Both the position numbers and the translations under genes were made by a program. Below the pieces are notes generated by a model that was not told the origin of the DNA, did no database searches, and saw only the letters and a program-made list of their open reading frames with translations. From positions 232,592-264,591 of the forward strand of contig NW_008806278.1 in the NCBI RefSeq assembly GCF_000400465.1: a DNA stretch of 32,000 nucleotides. Reading direction: 5' to 3'. Of the stretch, positions 1 through 9,767 are shown one piece after another (position 1 is the stretch's first letter; every line of letters begins with the position of its first letter). The DNA is from Wallemia ichthyophaga EXF-994 (taxonomy: Eukaryota > Fungi > Basidiomycota).

Positions 1-470
1 CGGGTAAGTGAAGGTTGCTGGTTGGGTGAGCTGGTAAGATCAACATCTATTACTAAGATAGTTCCAGCTATAGTGACTGTATGAACAGTGAATTGAGCGT
101 GTGTTGAATGATCCTGGAAGGCTTCGAGTCCTAATTCTTTAGCAGCAGACTCAATGCGGGTCATTAGAGAGGATGGCGATTGATCTTCTAAGCTGGAGTG
201 AACGTAGGGGGTGCAGTAGGTGTCGCGACATTTGATAAGCCTGTGTATAGCATTCGCATCAACGGCGTCATTTGTAGCTGATTTGAATTGCGCGTTGTAT
301 TTACTGAAGAAATTCAATATCTCCGCTGATTTTGTATTGGTGTTGTTGCTGTTGTTGGTATTTCTGTCTACGAGATTCCTCAATCTAAGCAAAAGATCGA
401 CGTGATGATGAGAATTCCAAGGGGAATCCTTGGAAATTAAATCGAAATAGAGGCTAAATATCTCTGACAT
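1..470 (-). CDS. MED1: Mediator subunit Med1-like protein, 5' part (runs off window edge)
   Basis: Open frame from ATG at 470 to the window edge with no stop, so it is absent from the ORF track: MSEIFSLYFDLISKDSPW...LMTRIESAAKELGLEAFQDHSTHAQFTVHTVTIAGTILVIDVDL. This segment resembles the Med1 N-terminal domain (MTxRLESxAxxxGL...IxGxILVIDxD). Family call is from recalled motifs only. Confidence 0.6.
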   Translation of the reverse strand, partial: MSEIFSLYFDLISKDSPWNSHHHVDLLLRLRNLVDRNTNNSNNTNTKSAEILNFFSKYNAQFKSATNDAVDANAIHRLIKCRDTYCTPYVHSSLEDQSPSSLMTRIESAAKELGLEAFQDHSTHAQFTVHTVTIAGTILVIDVDLTSSPNQQPSLT

Positions 471-580
471 TATTTTTGCACCGGTTCCTGGCCTTGGTCG
501 TTGGTTGTCTACTCACACACCGCGCGCTTTAAAATTTCAAATCAAACCTTCTTTCTTCTCTAGCAGACACTTGAATTAAA

Positions 581-1734
581 ATGTAAGAATTTAATAGCCA
601 CAGATATATATAACTGACAGCCATCCCAGGTCAGAGCAACTTCACTACAAGGGTTCCTTAGCCGCACATGGAAACTGGGTTACTGCCATCGCAACCTCTG
701 CTGAGAACCCAGACATGATCCTCACGGCTTCCCGTGACAGAACTGTCATCGTCTGGCAACTCACCCGCGACGACGCCCAATACGGTTACCCAAAGCGTAT
801 CCTCAAGGGCCACAACCACTTCGTATCTGATGTCTCCATTTCTTACGATGGTCAATTCGCTTTGTCTTCATCATGGGACAAGACTCTCCGTCTTTGGGAC
901 TTGAACACTGGTGCCACCACCAGACGTTTCGTCGGCCACGAAGCTGATGTCCTTTCTGTGTCTTTCTCCGCAGACAACAGACAAATCGTCTCGGGATCCC
1001 GTGACCGTACCATCAAGCTCTGGAACACCCTTGGTGAATGCAAGTTCGACATTAAGGATGAAGGTCACTCAGAATGGGTTTCATGCGTCCGTTTCTCACC
1101 AAACCCAATGAACCCTGTCATTGTCTCAGCTGGTTGGGACAAGGTTGTTAAGGTAGGTTTTCTCTACTTGATGACGTTGAGACGAGTCGGTATGATGTAT
1201 TGTTTAATATTTGCTACTTCAGAGAGTACGCTCGATGAGACATATGAACCACCAAGATCTCTGACCACTCAACCAACGTCCGAATTTCTTTATTTTCAGT
1301 ACTAACCTAGTCTACAGGTTTGGGAACTTTCAAACTGCAAGCTCAAGACCAACCACCACGGTCACACTGGCTACATCAACACCGTCTCCGTCTCTCCAGA
1401 TGGCTCTCTTGCTGCCTCAGGTGGTAAGGACGGTATCACCATGCTCTGGGACCTTAACGAGGGTAAGCACCTCTACTCCCTCGAGGCTGGTGACATTGTC
1501 AACGCACTCGTCTTCTCACCAAACCGTTACTGGTTGTGCGCTGCTACTTCATCATGCATCAAGATCTTCGACCTCGAGTCCAAGTCAATCGTCGATGAAC
1601 TCAAGCCAGACTTTGTTGACATTGGCAAGAACGCCCGTGAGCCAGAAGCTGTCTCTCTCTCATGGTCAGCAGACGGTCAAACTCTCTTCGCTGGTTTCAC
1701 CGACAACGCTGTCCGTGTCTGGACCGTCGCTTAA
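581..1734 (+). CDS. ASC1: RACK1/Asc1/Cpc2 WD40 ribosomal scaffold (G-beta-like); 3 exons: 581-582, 630-1152, 1318-1734
   Basis: Spliced product [43 protein letters not shown]...GHNHFVSDV...[10 protein letters not shown]|[23 protein letters not shown]...NRYWLCAAT...[12 protein letters not shown]. Introns 583-629 and 1153-1317, both GT-AG with branch motifs. Confidence 0.98.
1187..1270 (+). ncRNA. SNR24: U24 (snR24) box C/D snoRNA in RACK1 intron 2
   Basis: Box C ATGATGT 1192-1198; guide AATATTTGCTACT 1206-1218 before D' CAGA 1220-1223; guide ACCACCAAGATCT 1248-1260 before box D CTGA 1261-1264. Both guides are complementary to the conserved LSU rRNA segment AGATCTTGGTGGTAGTAGCAAATATT. Flanking stems GAGT(C)GG/CCACTC and GACGTTG/CAACGTC. 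The host intron is 165 nt versus ~45-50 nt elsewhere. Yeast snR24 is also hosted in the ASC1 intron. Ends are approximate. Confidence 0.95.
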
Positions 1735-1872
1735 ATTTAAGCTGTATAAGATAAACAGGGTATTGGGTTTTGTAACACTATTGCGAGGAACTCATGATTT
1801 TACCGATACTTTGATATTAAACGTCTGATTTATGATGTGTGCGAAAACGTATTTATATTTGTACATGTCTTT

Positions 1873-2238
1873 CTATCTACGCTCGCCTCTCTTGAAGTAG
1901 GAGCTGTTGACTACATATCCGGTCACGCCGTCTAATGGATCGATTTTAGTTGGTGCACTACACTATACCATATACCCACCATAACAAAATTCACCAATCC
2001 CCAAATATTTCTTGGCAATAGATTTTGCTGTCTCTTCTTCCGTGAACTTCTCTATATCTGGGCTGTTTTCTGATTAATTTTGCTTACTTGCGTACTTGTT
2101 CGCTCACCTGAATCCTGTGCTTCTCTTAACGCCAGCAAGCACAGTTGAAAGCAACACAGCGTCGATACCGTAATGTGTAAGTCTCTATTTTATTCTCAGA
2201 TGGTTTATTCACGCGTAGTGTCCACTGACAGCGAGCAT
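1873..2238 (-). CDS. DUF1748 family small fungal protein (~75 aa, 4 exons; absent from ORF track)
   Basis: Spliced: MLA|RLTHYGIDAVLLSTVLAGVKRSTGF S|PDIEKFTEEETAKSIAKKYLGIGEFCY D|GVTGYVVNSSYFKRGERR*. Three GT-AG introns (first 2229-2185). Matches the DUF1748 pattern (HYxxDAVLxSTxLAGxKRSTG...YLGxGE...SSYF). Confidence 0.88.
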
Positions 2239-2580
2239 CCTTAAGTATGATGGTTGATGAAACAAACCAAGAAACATCAACGTATAAAGTCTTAATAAAT
2301 ACAAATTAAACGAGTACTTTCATAAGTCCTATGCTCAAGAAATCCCCTTCGTTCTTACCTACGCCATTCTTAGTCCACGGCAATAATGTAGGAGTTCCGA
2401 CGCAGATCAAAGAGCTTAGTAGGGACTCATCTAAATCTTTACGGTCAAATATCACCGTGATTCTCACAGATTTACCGGCGACGGGTAGAGGAGATTATTG
2501 CGTTCCTGAGCCGGCGATACTATCCCCTGAGGCCAATAAAAGGAAAAATTATACTTTAAAGTTGCACCAAAACCACAAAT

Positions 2581-3661
2581 ATGTCAGATCCAGGAAATAT
2601 TTACCATTACAACACTGAAGATGGCTTTCCCACCCTATCACATACCGCCGTTTTCGCTGTTTTCTTTGGCCTTTTCACTGTTGCACACATAATTCAAGCA
2701 GGCTGGAAAAAACAGTGGTGGCTGTATGCAACGTTAGTCATTTTTGGTCTGATGGAGGTTATTGGATGGGCGGGTGAGCGATCAAAACTTTCAAGTGCAT
2801 GCTTTGACATAGTCATACAGCCAGATGCACAGATTCAAGAACAGGTTATATCATTCAAACTTCTCTTCTGGTTATTGCACCATGCTTCCTCACTGCGTTC
2901 ATATACTATGATCTAGCAAACGTCCTTCGCCTCTACGGCCCTTACAGCATTATGCCCTCCAAAACAACTGGTATCGTATACATTACGCTCGATGTCTTGT
3001 GCATCTTGATTCAAGCCGCGGTGGGTAGACTCCAGCTCCTTGAACTCCCTAACAAGTGACAGGGAGGTGGCCTTGCAGCTTCAGCATCTAGTAGCAATCA
3101 GAGTAACGGAGCTGATGCAGCTGATAGGGTTAATCTCGGTTCTAATGTTGTCTTAGCAGGGTAAGTCTGCTCACATGCTACAAAACAAATCTAAACAAGC
3201 TCATAGAATTGCATTGCAGCTAGTTGTAGTATTGGCATACTCTTGCTTCCTCGGTGAATTCGTTGTCAGATACTACACGAACAGACCAGTTAAGCGTGAG
3301 CGCCCACCAGCAGCTGTTATTAGACTATCAAGCAGAGAGCAGCTCAAACTCAAACTCAGACTTGTTATGCTCTGTATTATCACCACGTTGGTAATCTGGA
3401 GATCAGCATTTAGAGTGGCGTAAGTTAATACTACTGTTCTCGGTCACGCAGCTGATTCAAATTAGGGAGCTTAATGCTGGCTGGGAAGGCGATCTGATGA
3501 GGAATCAGGACGCTTTCGACACCTGCGACGGTATGCCAATGTTGCTTTGCCTGGCTGTTTCTTCTCTCCTCCATATTGGCTGGTTGAATCCAGACCCGTC
3601 GATGATGAGAAATCGCAATCACGCTTCATATTCTAGCGAAGGCAAACACGAACTCGTATAG
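2581..3661 (+). CDS. RTA1-like lipid-translocating exporter, paralog A (5 exons)
   Basis: Introns 2774-2820, 3021-3062, 3161-3206, 3420-3465. Motifs MEVIGWAAR, IAPCFLTAFIY, DVLCILIQAAGGGL, VVLAGIALQL, IWRSAFRVAELNAGW, DGMPM. Multiple hydrophobic segments typical of the RTA1/Rsb1 family. Confidence 0.9.
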
Positions 3662-5348
3662 AAATTTGGCATCTCTTATCCACTTTCTTTGCTTTAATCC
3701 TCTTGGGACACTTTTTACTAAAGAAATTCAGACTTTAGTGTGTATTTGGCTATGCATGTGAGCCTGATTGTTAATTAGGACTTTTATTTAAGTTGCAGCT
3801 GTGAGAGATACTTAGTTGGAAAGATTCGCGAGCTGTGTACTCTTTTGCACTCGTGTCTTACAATTATTCGTAAATACAATAGGTGATATTGTAGGCTGCA
3901 CCTCATTAGAGCCTTAAAACTACTGACTTCTTCAGATTAGCGTCCTCTCGATTGGGTCCATGACATAGAGGAATGATAATGGCGTCTGATTTTCATATTC
4001 GATAGTATCATTGAATAAGCATCAATTTTAATGCATTCAGCCGCTGCACCTTTCTCTTATCACATAAGGTATAAAGGTTATTATCGCAGCTCAGCAACAG
4101 ATCAGGAATGGCCAATCACCGCAAAATCCAATAAACGACATTTGGTACTAAATTCAAAGACTAAATACATACACATGACACATTAGTTCATCTCTCATCT
4201 CCCACCTTTACATGAATTAGCACAGTAAAGGACATTATATCGAGGCCGAAAAGGACGTACTCAATGACGAGTTGGCCATGGCTCATAGACGGCTGCCATT
4301 AAGCTGTCTTTATACCAATCTGTTTTTAACACCTTTGTAAGAAGTTTGCATGTTTGCTACTCATAAATGACGTAGTGAAGTGCTCTGTACTAGTCTAACT
4401 AGAGGTGGCATGTTTCAGAGAGTATAATTTAGTATTTAAAGTTATGAATTCCTACTATCCTGACTACTGTGATTCCATTTTGGCCTTTACTGCCTTAACA
4501 CCATCATTATTTGAATCTCTGAATGAACCTGATGAAGTCAAAACATCGATTTGAGAGTTGGGCTAACCCCCCTTTTCTTTGAATGTTCTAGATGAAATAG
4601 GCATTTAATAATCCGAAAGACAGTACATTTTGGCCTGGAGCCAGCATTAAGTCCTGTAGACTCTACTTGTCGAAAAATGTAAATCGCGTCTAGACGGGTA
4701 AGCATTTGAGATTCCTGGATTATTGCACCCTCAATCAGCTGCAAATATGCGTGTTTATTAATTAACCACGTCAAACCATCCATATCTATCCTAAAACGTG
4801 CTAAAGAGCGATGTCGGATAGCAACTTCCGAACAGCCTACAGTGCGCAATTGGAGACTCATGAAAATAATTTTGGCGACATGTATTAGAGATAATTTAGG
4901 GCTGTTTTTCAAGCTGTTTTATTTGGACATCATCAAAATTCGTAAATCAGCCATCTGAGATGAGATAGATGGTGGTCGAGAAATCCAATTTGGCGGATAT
5001 CGAGCAGATTAGGGAGAGAAAAGTATCTTTGGAGTGCTAGGATTCCTATAAAGCCAACGATGTTACTAGAGTATATAATCTGCCAGTATGAGGTTTCACT
5101 GTGCGGATCTCCACACTTCTGCGGCGATTTGTAGGTATGATTGAGTACTTGCTGCTCAATAAAACATATCTGGCCTCTTTCAAGTGTAGCTAAGGCCTTT
5201 TTAAATCCCTCACTACCTTACAAACCGGTGAGGTCATCAGTGTTGGATGACTGATGATCACTTTTTTAAAAATTAGCTAGAATTCGCATTACTGCGACAT
5301 GTGCTACTACTGCCTAAAATTAACCACTGCGATTTGTCGGGCACTCAT

Positions 5349-5370
5349 CTCGGTGATCATCGTCACCGAG
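5349..5370. promoter_or_regulatory. Perfect 8-bp inverted repeat CTCGGTGA-N6-TCACCGAG (CGG-N12-CCG) upstream of RTA1 paralog B
   Basis: Dyad seen directly, 65 bp upstream of the ATG at 5436. Inverted CGG triplets are the typical Zn(II)2Cys6 binding geometry. A regulatory role is inferred. Confidence 0.35.
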
Positions 5371-5435
5371 CCCAGCAGCGCCCAGCGTCTTGGGCTTACA
5401 TCTTAATTGGTGACAACTACTAGCATAATTTTAAA

Positions 5436-6482
5436 ATGTCTGTAGATTACTACGGTTATTCTACTCCAGATGGCAATCCTACCCTATCACATGCAATTGT
5501 CTTTACAGTGCTCTTCGGGATAGCGCTCATAGCACACTGCGTACTCGCTGGGATAACGAAGCAGTGGTGGCTGTGAGTAAAACCCTGCTAAATCGCTCTA
5601 AATCTCAGTAAAACCCCACAGTTACGGCACCATCGTCCCTTTCCTGATACTCGAGACCATTGGATGGGGTGGCAGGTGCGGCGACAATCGGGACGCTTAT
5701 ATCATGCAAATTGCCACACTTATCATCGGTCCTACATTCCTCTCTGCAATGATTTATGTCGATCTTGGTGTCGTTGGCCTGCAGTACGGCCCGAATTTCT
5801 CTATTCTCGGTCCAAGGATGTTCGCTGCTGTCTTCATCACTGCAGACGTTTTCAGTATTCTCGTTCAGGCTGCTGGTAGGCGTTTAACATCCACATAGAG
5901 CCGCGTTTGCTTACGAGTGAATAGGTGGTGGTATTGCATCGTCAGCTAGCAAAAGTATTAACAGGGAGCTTCTCCACACGGGTAGCAATGTGATGCTGGC
6001 TGGTATTGCTATTCAGTTTGCCTGCATTATCTTCTACTCTTACTTTTTACTTGAGTTCGTAGTTAGATACTACAAGAGATGGCCCGTTAGGGCTAAGCGC
6101 CAAGATCCTATCGCTATAGATCCTTTGTCGCAACCCAACCAAAGAAATTTGGCTCTAAGATTGACAATGCTTGGTGCAATGTCATTCCTAATCATTTGGA
6201 GAGGTGAGTATGGCTGTCACTCAGCTCAGAAACACGCTGATTAATTCTCAATCAGGCATCTACCGTTTAATTGAGCTGAAGGATGGCTGGGAAGGCACTG
6301 TAATTAAAGATCAGGCTGCTTTCGACACCAATGATGGTATGCCAATGGTTATTGCTGCCTGGTTGAGCGGTATCTTTCATATAGGGCTACTCACGCCCAC
6401 GACAAACGCCTCATTCTTATCGAGAGGCAAAAAAGGAGGTGCTGATGCTGCCGAGGCTGACGTCAAGGATGAGGTCGCCTAA
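5436..6482 (+). CDS. RTA1-like lipid-translocating exporter, paralog B (4 exons)
   Basis: ATG 5436 (MSVDYYGYSTPDGNPTLSH). Introns 5573-5621, 5876-5924, 6204-6255. Motifs LETIGWGGR, IGPTFLSAMIY, DVFSILVQAAGGGI, MLAGIAIQF, IWRGIYRLIELKDGW, DGMPM. Stop TAA 6480-6482. Confidence 0.9.
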
Positions 6483-6812
6483 TTTTGTACACTACTGTCT
6501 GAAGGATCAGGCAATCTTCTTATCTCTATTTTTTGAATTGTAAACGGAATGCCTATTGCTACATAAGACACTTCATAGATAATTAAAAATATATTCAATG
6601 AGTGACAAGTATTAAATAGGCTTAAATAAGTTTAGTAAATATATACTAATTAAAGTTTAGATTAGTAAATGGAAGAATACTGGAAAAACACCCTTGTACT
6701 TTGAGAAACAAGAATTATTAGTAAAAAAAAGAATTGTCATCAGCATAAAGCAGCTGAACTTAAAAGAAAGTGATAGCAATGACTAAGAATTAGAAGTATT
6801 CGCTGATCCTGT

Positions 6813-9591
6813 TTACTTCTTTTGATTCTTGTTTGACTTGGATGGAACAACGCTAAATGCTTTGCTTCTCCAAGCCTCGCCTTGCTTGACTTGGTCTTCA
6901 TACTTAGCTTGTAAGTTGATCCATCCCTTGCTGTGACCAGCGTCGATCAGCTTTGAGTTGCGGTTGGCAACAATCTTGAACTGTGATGGACTTGGTTTGG
7001 TTGATCCCTTCTCCTTCTTCGAGCTGAACTTGTTCTTAATGATAGAGCCCTTAGTGCTACCCTTATCACCCTTCTTCTCAGACTCTTCCATCTCCTTCTT
7101 GATTTCGACCAACTTCTTGTTGAGTGTTTCAAGACCACCTCTGATACCATCCTCAATTGCCTTGACAATTTGCTTCTTGATGAGATTGGTTGCGAGTGGA
7201 CGAGCTGTCTTGTAGAGAATATCGTGCTTGCTGTCCTTGATATCGAATTTCAGAGTACCAACGCTAGCCTGAACAGACTTGACTTGGAAGACATCCTTGG
7301 TACCACCCTTAACGCTTAGGTGGATCTTAGCGCTGACACCTTTACCACCTAAGAAAACATCTGCAAGACCAGCATCTTGTACCTTGAATCCAGTTTTCTT
7401 ATTGATGTAGAAGGCGACGTCTCTAAGGTCACATTGAATTTGACCGAGCTCAATCTTGATGTCGTGTTGATGTTCGTTCTTGATCTTTTTGTAAGGTGAG
7501 AATTTGACCTATTGAAAGTTAATTACTAATCTGATATCGATTTTCTAAACATACCCTGTTGTAAGCCTCAGCAATGACGTAATTTGGTAAGAGGTTCTTG
7601 CCTTGAAGGACAAGGTTCTCAATAACAACATCAAGCTTTGGATCAGTGTATTCAATTCTTGGAATTGGAACAGCTCCGACACTTTCAACGACTGGTGGAA
7701 CAATGTGGTCACGGATGTCAGCCCAGAGATGTTTCTTAAAAGTGAATTTGCCATTGGAGTCAAACAGCAAGTCACGGAAAAGCTTGTTGAAGTCTTCGCC
7801 GAACTTTTTGTTGAGTGGGTCCTCACCCATAGACTCAAAGAAGTCAGCGATCTCCTTGGAGAGGTTGTTCTTGACTTGGCCCTTATACTTCTCGCTTTCG
7901 ACAATAGCGCGAATATCCTTACCAAGCTTGTCACCATCGGTATTTGCTTCTTCTTTGAGGACGTAACCAGGTTCGAGAACAAGTCTGCGAATGTATGCGA
8001 TGAGTTTTTCGAACCAGTTAGAAAGTTCCTTGTCGTTTGCGAAAGTCTTGATGAGGTCGTGGAAAGCATCAAAGATCGGTGAAGCGCTGCGTCCGTTAGC
8101 AAATCTCTCCAAGACCGTTCTAAGATCGTTGGCAGCTTGTTTGACATTTGGATCACTCAAAACCGAGGCAGCACTGTCCTTTCCAGTATCAGTAGCCGTC
8201 TTAGCGTGGCCGTAGTATATTTCGAACTCTTTGAAAAAGAATTCGAAAGCCTCCTTCCAGTCTTTGTGCTTCTGGTTTTCGTAAAGAACCTTCTTCATGC
8301 GCTCAATGAACCTTTCGCGACGCTCTTTAGGGAATTTTTCTTCAAGGTGACGTTTGGTGTCCTCAAATTCTTCCTTCACTTTTCCGCGGTATTCCTCTGG
8401 AACCTTGTTCTTGAGATTTTGCTTGCCATTCTCAGCGGTAAATTTGGCCTTCTCCTTACCTACTTCAACCTTCTCTTTAGCGTTGGTCTCTTGAGATTTC
8501 TCTTGACCAGCTTCATTGACAGCCTTTTGAATGTCTGAAACATCCGATTGCTCAGTGGTTTTAGAGTCAACTTTTTTGGCAGTATCGTTTGTGTGCTTGG
8601 CGGCGGTTTCTTTTGCTTCGTCTTTACGCTCTAAAGCAGCCTTCTTGACATCCTCAGCTTTTTCGTGACCTTTTTCGCGAGATTCCTTTGCTTTGTTGAA
8701 CTTTGGCATGTCAAATTCTGGAGTCTCATCAGGGCCGAGTACGCGACCATCCTTGTTTACCCAACCTTGAGAAGCAGGTTCGTCAATCTTGGCAAGCTTG
8801 TCTTCGTTTGGGCGAGCAATTTCAGCAGCCTTTTGAGCAGCATCAGCAAACAAATCTTGGCCAATAATTTTGCAGTCGGTGAGGAGCTTTCTGACTTCAT
8901 TGTTGGTGGCAAGTAATTTGAAAACTGTTTGTAAGTGTTCCAAGGCTGGTGGGTTTGTTAGAATAGAAGCACATAGAAACAATCAAAAGGCGCACCTTTT
9001 TGGCCTTCCTCTTTGGTTCCGTCCTTTGTGAAACCAGGAACAATTTCGTCGCGTTTAGCCTTTGAGTAGTCAACAGAGCCTGTGTGGCGTTAAGTTTGCA
9101 ATTTCCAAAATAGAAACGTGCTTACGAGTTTTGTAGAGGAAGTCTTGAATCTTTTCATCTTTGTTTTTCTCTTGGACGATAGTGTTGGCCTTCGCAGGGT
9201 AAAAAGGTGATTTGATAGAGAATTTAACTCACAGTCATAATAACCCCCCTAGCATCTTGTACCAGCTTCTTTCCTTCTGCGCTGAGCTCGTTTACCTCAA
9301 ATGGTGCGCTTTCAGTGACGTATTTCAGAGTTTCATCGATCTGTGGCGTGTGAGATGAGAACTCGGATAATAACGCAAACAAACCTGGCTGTTAGATGGA
9401 TATCTCGAGGCTTTGAATGCTTGTATTACGCTGTAGAAACGTAGCTTTCTGTCAACATCTGTGCGAAGTGTAAACAAAACACAGTAAACGAAATACACGC
9501 CAGTCTCACCTGATTGTACAACTGCTGGCTTATTTGGTGAGGCAACGCTCATCGCCGGTGGATTGTCTGAAACTTCTTTTCTGACGCTCAT
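6813..9591 (-). CDS. DUF4449-family fungal protein (large, multi-exon; C-terminal beta-rich domain)
   Basis: N-terminus MSVRKEVSDNPPAMSVASPNKPAVVQS|DVDRKLRFYSVIQAFKASRYPSNSQ. Long exon with RERFIERMKKVLYENQKH, LERFANG, VPIPRIEYTDPKLDVVIENLVL, then KFSPYKKI...DVAFYINKKTG...GLADVFLGGKG...LKFDIKDSKHDILYK. Stop 6813-6815. Family assigned from recalled motifs; some internal exon borders not fully resolved. Confidence 0.75.
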
Positions 9592-9767
9592 TAAATTTTG
9601 GTATGGGTGATGGCTAATAAGGAGGGCTGGGCGTTCTCACGTCACTCAATAGTGCCGAAAAAGGAAAAATTAATTCTAAACTGCGTAAATTCCTTTTGAC
9701 ATATACATTCTTATACGCTTAATTGTCCGTCATTATGCATGAAAATTGTACTCTCCGATGGAGTATG

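Noticed and set aside
220-405. 61-aa hydrophobic + strand ORF
   Set aside because: Antisense shadow of the Med1-like frame; the Leu/Val run comes from the reverse of an AAC-rich Asn tract.
4538-4912. 124-aa minus-strand ORF as a gene
   Set aside because: Starts at TTG, no recognisable motif, no splice or promoter support. Kept only as part of the unexplained-gap finding.
7545-8916. Several long overlapping ORFs on both strands within the DUF4449 gene
   Set aside because: Alternate-frame and antisense shadows expected from biased codon usage; no independent protein signal.
9639-9644. TGACGT (ATF/CREB-like) site upstream of the DUF4449 gene
   Set aside because: A single hexamer is not distinguishable from background.
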